From: an uncultured Coriobacteriia bacterium
GTDB taxonomy: Bacteria; Actinomycetota; Coriobacteriia; Coriobacteriales; QAMH01
Direction: 5' to 3'
Length of the DNA stretch: 64,000 bases
NCBI GenBank assembly: GCA_959608885.1
Contig: CAUHSG010000001.1
Location: 76,112 to 140,111 of the forward strand
Below, one piece after another: positions 59,270 through 64,000 of the stretch (its first letter is position 1; every line of letters starts with the position of its first letter). The notes beneath the pieces were generated by a model. It was not told the origin of the DNA. It was given only the letters and a program-made list of their open reading frames with translations, and did no database searches. Both the position numbers and the translations under genes were made by a program.

Positions 59270-60271
59270 CTATTCGCCGTCAAGCATACGGTAGGTGGGA
59301 CGCGTGGGAACGCGTACGTTGATGTAGGAGATCTTTCCTTCGTACTCGTTGAGCAGCGAGTTGATGACCGCCTCCTTGACCTCGATATCGCTCGAGTCAC
59401 CAAAGGCGACCGTCACGCCATCCTCGAGATTGAGCGAGGTCTTGATGGAGGACTCGGCGGAGATGCTCACGATACGCGAACGCAGGTCATCGCTAATGGA
59501 ATTGAGGATGTCGAGCGCGTTGTTGATGCCGCCATCCGTGCAGATGCTGCCGGAGATGGGTGCCGGCATCGACGGCGAGACGTCGATGATCTTCATCGCG
59601 TTTTCCCAATCGTCGGTAGTGGCGGCAGAAAGCCAGGCGCCATCGGTCGAGATGACCCAGTTCGACTTGTCGTTGATCTTGGCTACGGCACCCGGTTCGC
59701 GCTCCTTGATGTCGATGACGATAGTATCAGGAAAGACGCGGTGAATGGAGGCTTCCTGTACCCAGGCGTTATCCTCGAGGCGCTCCTTTATGCCCTTGGA
59801 ATCAAGGCGTAGCAAGGTCGAATCATCCGAGACGGCCGCAATGCTCGTGATTTCCTGACTCGTGAGATGCGCCGACCCGTTAACTTGCACGTTGTTGACG
59901 TGGAAGAGATCGGAACGGTAGATGAATATGCTTCCGAAGATGATGAGCAGGATGACGGCGATGGCGATAGCGATGCGGGCGATGTAGCGCAGGTACTGCC
60001 AACGCTGACGCTTAGCGCGTTGCTCGGCACGGATATCGCCAGCACGCCTGCCCTGTTCCGCGACTTGTCTTCGCGACTCGCGCGCCCGCCTCTGGGCATC
60101 CTCGGATGCCTGCCGGGCCTTGTTCGTGCGCTGAAGGCGGGCGGAACTCTTGTTCTGGCGTGCTTTGACAGACGAGCGTTTCGCTCGCGAGCTCGCACCC
60201 GTATTCTGCTTTCTCCCCCGTCTAGAACGGGAATCCGAGGAACTTGACCTCGGGCGAGAGGCTGATGCCAT
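59270..60271 (-). CDS. ftsQ: Cell division protein FtsQ/DivIB, with an Arg/Ser-rich N-terminal tail
   Basis: 333-aa ORF with a TM (IARIAIAIAVILLIIFGSIFIY) and a POTRA (FHVNNVQVNGSAHLTSQEI) followed by the FtsQ beta domain. ATG 60271 lies 50 nt inside murB, and no in-frame alternative start follows for more than 60 codons. Confidence 0.8.
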   Translation of the reverse strand: MASASRPRSSSSDSRSRRGRKQNTGASSRAKRSSVKARQNKSSARLQRTNKARQASEDAQRRARESRRQVAEQGRRAGDIRAEQRAKRQRWQYLRYIARIAIAIAVILLIIFGSIFIYRSDLFHVNNVQVNGSAHLTSQEITSIAAVSDDSTLLRLDSKGIKERLEDNAWVQEASIHRVFPDTIVIDIKEREPGAVAKINDKSNWVISTDGAWLSAATTDDWENAMKIIDVSPSMPAPISGSICTDGGINNALDILNSISDDLRSRIVSISAESSIKTSLNLEDGVTVAFGDSSDIEVKEAVINSLLNEYEGKISYINVRVPTRPTYRMLDGE

Positions 60272-61175
60272 AACTCTCCTTCACACGATCACGCGCAAGA
60301 CGCATGAGCGCGAGAACGTCATCGGCACGTGCCGATCCGTCGTTCACGATGAAGTTCGAATGCAGGGTCGAGATGTGCGCGTCACCACACGAAGCACCGG
60401 CAAGACCGCAGGAGCGTATGAGCTCGCCGGCGGATTTGCCGTCAGGGTTCTTGAACACGCTTCCACAGCTATGAGCGGGAAGCGGCTGGCGCCTTGAGCG
60501 CGCGTCAAGCAGATCCTGCATCGTCTCGGCAATTCTACCCTTGTTCGCCGCCTTGAGCGCAAGCGTTGCCTCGACGATGATCTCATCTGCCGAAATGTTA
60601 CTCGAACGGTAGGTCCAGTCGATTTCGTCTGCGTAGATGATATGCAGACCCGTGCCCGGTCTGTATGCCGTAACATGCGCGATGCGGGACGCAATCCAGC
60701 TCTCGCGCGTGCCGGCATTCATGAAAATCGCACCGCCGAGCGAGCCGGGAATGCCCGCCATGTCCTCGAGCCCCGATAGACCCAGACCATAGGCCTGCTG
60801 GACGAGGCGTGCAAGCGGGACGGCCGCGCCCGCCGTAACATGCAGCCTTTGTGCCGCAGGCAACGCAACGATTTCCTCCTCGGTAAGACCACCGAAGTCG
60901 ATACGCGCGAACTCTCCCGCAAGGACGATCACCGCGCCGTCATAGCCGGCATCGCTCACGAGCAGGTTGCTGCCCTTGCCGACGATGGTCCATGCGACCC
61001 CTTCCTCGGCAAGCACCTCGAGCGTCAATGCAAGGTCGGCGACCGAGGCGCACTCGACGAAAAGCGCAGCTGGACCGCCGATGCGATAGCTCGTATGGCG
61101 TGACATCAGCTCATCGCACTTGGCAGAGCCACTGAGCGTGCCTTCCAAGCGAACGTATGCGTCGAAAATGCTCAA
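60222..61175 (-). CDS. murB: UDP-N-acetylenolpyruvoylglucosamine reductase
   Basis: 317-aa ORF with a TTG start. The FAD-binding GGPA...GKGSNLL, plus GIPGSLGGAI, SVFKNP and GDAHIS motifs, are present. Confidence 0.9.
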   Translation of the reverse strand: MSIFDAYVRLEGTLSGSAKCDELMSRHTSYRIGGPAALFVECASVADLALTLEVLAEEGVAWTIVGKGSNLLVSDAGYDGAVIVLAGEFARIDFGGLTEEEIVALPAAQRLHVTAGAAVPLARLVQQAYGLGLSGLEDMAGIPGSLGGAIFMNAGTRESWIASRIAHVTAYRPGTGLHIIYADEIDWTYRSSNISADEIIVEATLALKAANKGRIAETMQDLLDARSRRQPLPAHSCGSVFKNPDGKSAGELIRSCGLAGASCGDAHISTLHSNFIVNDGSARADDVLALMRLARDRVKESYGISLSPEVKFLGFPF

Positions 61176-61184
61176 AGAGCGTTC

Positions 61185-62573
61185 CTACTCCCCGGCCAGA
61201 GATTGCGTGATGAGCGGGGCAATCGTCGTCACATCGCCCGCACCCATCGTGATGATAAGATCGCCCGCCATGAGCTTGTGCCGCAGGAAGGGGATGATTT
61301 CGGGACGATGCGGCAACCACGCGACCTGCTGGCGTGGGTTGTGCCGCAAGATGGAGTCGATGACCGTCTTGCCGTTGACACCTGGTATGGGCATCTCGCC
61401 GGCCGGGTACACGTCCATGACGATGACGGAATCCGCCCCGTCAAATGCCGACCCGAATTCACGTGCCAGCGATTCGGTACGCGAGTAACGATGTGGCTGG
61501 AACAGTACGTGAACGTGCTCGAAGTCAAGCTTGGATGCTGCCCTGATAGTCGCCTGAATCTCGGTGGGGTGATGGGCGTAGTCATCGACGACGGTCACGC
61601 CGGCCTCCTCGCCTATGAGATCGAAGCGCCTACGCACGCCGGAAAAGGTCGCAAGCGCACGTGCCGCCTGCTCGACGTCGAGCCCACAGGCCCAGACCAC
61701 GCCGAGCACGCCCGTCGCATTGAGGACGTTGTGACGGCCCGGGTTCTTGGTAATCTCGGTCTGCACGCTCGTACCATCGGGAAAGCTCACGGTAAAGGCA
61801 TGGCCAAGACCGCTCTTGCCCGTGACCTCGAAGCACACGTCACAGCCGCCGTCGCCCTTCTCGCCGTAGACGATGGTGCGCTTGCCGACCTCGCGTGCAA
61901 TCTGCGCAAGACGCGGATTATCAGCGCAGACGACGGCAGCACCCTCGTCAGGCAGAAGCGAGAGGAAGTCGGCAAAGGCATCGTAGATAGCCTCGAGACT
62001 GCCATAATGGTCGAGATGGTCGGGCTCGATGTTGGTGATGAGCGCGACGTAAGGCGAGAGATGCACGAACGAGCCATCGGACTCGTCGGCCTCGACGATA
62101 TAGTGCTCGCCCGTCCCACTCTTTGCATTCGTGTCGTAGCCATCGACCGTACCGCCGATGACGAAACTCGGATCAAGCCCCATGCGGTCGATGGTAGTTG
62201 CCAGCATCGAGGACGTCGTCGTCTTTCCGTGCGTGCCGGCGCAGGCGAGCGTCTTCTTGCCCTCGCCGAGCGAGGCGAGCGCCTGAGAGCGGTGCCATAC
62301 GGGGATGCCACGTTTGCGGGCCTCGGCAAGTTCCGGATTCTTCTCGGGAATGGCACTCGAGATGACGACCGCGTCAAGGTCGTTGGCAATATTTGCCGCA
62401 TCGTGACCGATCATAACCTCGACGCCTGCGTCGACGAGGCGCTTGGTGGCACGCGACTCTTTCATGTCCGAACCGCTGACCTGCACGCCACGCGACTTGG
62501 CCACGAGCGCGATGCCCGACATTCCCACGCCGCCGACGCCGATGAAGTGTATCTTCTTCGATTTAGCCACCAT
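61185..62573 (-). CDS. murC: UDP-N-acetylmuramate--L-alanine ligase
   Basis: 462-aa ORF with IHFIGVGGVGMSGIA, GTHGKTTTSSM and DDYAHHP motifs. Confidence 0.95.
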   Translation of the reverse strand: MVAKSKKIHFIGVGGVGMSGIALVAKSRGVQVSGSDMKESRATKRLVDAGVEVMIGHDAANIANDLDAVVISSAIPEKNPELAEARKRGIPVWHRSQALASLGEGKKTLACAGTHGKTTTSSMLATTIDRMGLDPSFVIGGTVDGYDTNAKSGTGEHYIVEADESDGSFVHLSPYVALITNIEPDHLDHYGSLEAIYDAFADFLSLLPDEGAAVVCADNPRLAQIAREVGKRTIVYGEKGDGGCDVCFEVTGKSGLGHAFTVSFPDGTSVQTEITKNPGRHNVLNATGVLGVVWACGLDVEQAARALATFSGVRRRFDLIGEEAGVTVVDDYAHHPTEIQATIRAASKLDFEHVHVLFQPHRYSRTESLAREFGSAFDGADSVIVMDVYPAGEMPIPGVNGKTVIDSILRHNPRQQVAWLPHRPEIIPFLRHKLMAGDLIITMGAGDVTTIAPLITQSLAGE

Positions 62574-63672
62574 TGTTTCCTCGTGCGCATTGCTCGACCA
62601 TATCGGCCAGACGTATGCGCGCGTCCGAGCCGGAAAGCTTCTTGCAAGCCTGCGTCATGGTATCACGTCTCGTCTTGTCACCGAGAAGTTCGACGAGCAA
62701 ATCAGAAAAGTCCGCATTCTCGACATCCGCATCGGGAACAAGACGCGCGGCACCAACGGCCACGCACGACCGCGCGTTGAGCGTCTGGTGATCCCCACGT
62801 GCGTACGGGTACGGAATGAGCACCGAAGGCACGCCAACCGTCATGATCTCGGCGACGGACGAGGCACCGGCCCTGCTCACGACCAAGTCACTTGCGACGA
62901 GGACTTCGTTCATCGAATCGATGTAGGGTGATACGTGCCAGCGCTTTCGCTCGTCATCGCTGAGGTCGAGCTGCGCAAGGACGTTCTCGTAGTCGCTCTC
63001 GCCCGCGGATTGGATGACATGCAGCCCGTCAATGGCAAGCAGGCGGTCTTTCATGTCGCAAATCGCTCTATTCACATGCTGGGCACCAAGGCTTCCACCC
63101 ATGACGAGCAAGACGAGTGCATCATCGGGGATGCCGAGCGAGGCGCGCGCCTCTGCACGCGTGCACGTCTCGAATGACGCGCGTACGGGATTTCCGAGGA
63201 CGACCGGTTCGCAGGCCCCTTCGAGTCCCCGGGCGCTTTCCTCATAGGTGAGCGCGATTGCCGTCGCGTGCTTCGCCAGATAGGCGTTGGCCATGCCCGG
63301 CACGGAGTTCTGCTCGTGAATGACGAGCGGGATGCCCATCTCGAAGGCGGCCCTGCCCACCGGAATGGAGACGTAGGCGCCAAAGGTGACGACGGCATCG
63401 GGACGCTTGGACTTGAAGAGCTTCTTGGCGGCACGCGTCGCCTTGAGCAGCTTCGCCCCCGAACTCACGAGCGTTAGAGGATGCGCCTTGTCAAAGCCGC
63501 TCACCGCAAAGCCCCTGAACTCAAAGCCCGCCTGCGTGGCAAGACGTGACTCGATGTGATCGGGAGTTCCCACGAAGAGGATCTCGTGTCCACGCCGACG
63601 GAGCTCGTCAGCAACCGCGAGCGCCGGATTGATATGACCGGCAGTACCACCGGCGGCAATGACGTAATACAC
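62563..63672 (-). CDS. murG: Undecaprenyldiphospho-muramoylpentapeptide beta-N-acetylglucosaminyltransferase
   Basis: 369-aa ORF with a GTG start. GGTAGHINPALAV, GGSLGA and RAGASSVAE motifs are present. Confidence 0.9.
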   Translation of the reverse strand: MYYVIAAGGTAGHINPALAVADELRRRGHEILFVGTPDHIESRLATQAGFEFRGFAVSGFDKAHPLTLVSSGAKLLKATRAAKKLFKSKRPDAVVTFGAYVSIPVGRAAFEMGIPLVIHEQNSVPGMANAYLAKHATAIALTYEESARGLEGACEPVVLGNPVRASFETCTRAEARASLGIPDDALVLLVMGGSLGAQHVNRAICDMKDRLLAIDGLHVIQSAGESDYENVLAQLDLSDDERKRWHVSPYIDSMNEVLVASDLVVSRAGASSVAEIMTVGVPSVLIPYPYARGDHQTLNARSCVAVGAARLVPDADVENADFSDLLVELLGDKTRRDTMTQACKKLSGSDARIRLADMVEQCARGNNGG

Positions 63673-63746
63673 GACGTGCCCCTTTCAGACGTTGCAAGAA
63701 GTGTACCCCATGTGAAGGATAAGCCAAAAACTCCAAAAGGACGATG

Positions 63747-64000
63747 CTAGCGTTTACGCCCCAAATCGCGCTTGCTCCTCAAGCTCGCGTACCCGCTCTG
63801 CACTGGTTCCCTGGAAGCGTGCGTGGCGCCGCTCTGCCCCGTCACACGCATCGAGCGCGCGAACTCCCCGTGAGTCGATGACGAGTGTGCATGCGCTGAG
63901 GACGCATCCCTTCTTTTCCCGGAATCGTGAATAGAAATGACGTTGTCATGTGCGGGACGGCGCGGTGGCGCGTCGTCGTGGGCATTGCCCTTGCCATCGA
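63747..64000 (-). CDS. ftsW: 3' end of a CDS running off the window; by dcw synteny it is probably the disordered C-terminal tail of FtsW
   Basis: My own translation of the minus-strand frame ending at TAG 63749-63747 shows no in-frame stop up to 64000. It reads ...DGKGNAHDDAPPRRPAHDNVISIHDSGKRRD...SLRSKRDLGRKR. No conserved domain is visible in this fragment, so the call rests on gene order only. Confidence 0.35.
   Translation of the reverse strand, partial: DGKGNAHDDAPPRRPAHDNVISIHDSGKRRDASSAHAHSSSTHGEFARSMRVTGQSGATHASREPVQSGYASLRSKRDLGRKR

Noticed and set aside
61203-62780. 525-aa plus-strand ORF
   Set aside because: It lies antisense to murC and murG, and is a shadow ORF.

Overview
This is a GC-rich bacterial chromosomal segment. 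Gene content (rubrerythrin, a 2-oxoacid:ferredoxin oxidoreductase, and an Actinobacteria-type division cluster with sepF/divIVA/yggT/yggS/pgeF) suggests an anaerobic high-GC Gram-positive organism, possibly Coriobacteriia-like; this is inference only. I support about 60 protein genes, mostly on the minus strand. The housekeeping blocks are: secD (partial)-rnhB-rplS-priA-metK; ruvCAB; yebC-lgt; ligA; DUF948-alaS-ruvX-mltG-yqeG-aroE; rarA-xth-trmH-rbr; lepA-dus-hemW-dnaJ; rpsT, holA, tRNA-Glu(CTC), tRNA-Gln(CTG) and comEA-comEC; and the distal dcw/division cluster (ftsW? partial-murG-murC-murB-ftsQ-ftsZ-pgeF-yggS-sepF-proC-yggT-divIVA-DUF167), followed by RNase P RNA. The less ordinary parts are: (1) an AT-rich island of about 2.1 kb after ruvB, bounded by two ~126-bp direct repeats that each carry a tRNA-Asp-like 3' half plus terminator, and enclosing a TetR gene; (2) a large VaFE-repeat/SpaA-fold surface protein and a secreted coiled-coil/lysozyme-like protein whose upstream regions share a conserved module with 11-bp-phased heptamers; (3) an intact-looking PIN gene with no recognisable antitoxin; (4) a dispersed ~110-bp intergenic repeat present twice; (5) an 8.3-kb minus-strand cluster with a four-subunit 2-oxoacid:ferredoxin oxidoreductase, a P-loop NTPase, and two XRE-cupin regulator plus AMP-forming acyl-CoA ligase pairs; (6) an Hpt protein plus a REC-degenerate GGDEF-EAL protein with no kinase nearby; (7) a 4 x ~54-bp tandem repeat ending in a 21-bp hairpin next to rnpB. 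I saw no CRISPR array, cas gene, transposase, integrase, or recognisable phage or defence gene. I cannot point to a clear-cut novel multi-gene system, so the findings list the best candidates with their uncertainty. The ORF track uses GTG and TTG starts as well as ATG, and several track ORFs are N-terminally over-extended; I give trimmed starts where the sequence supports them.
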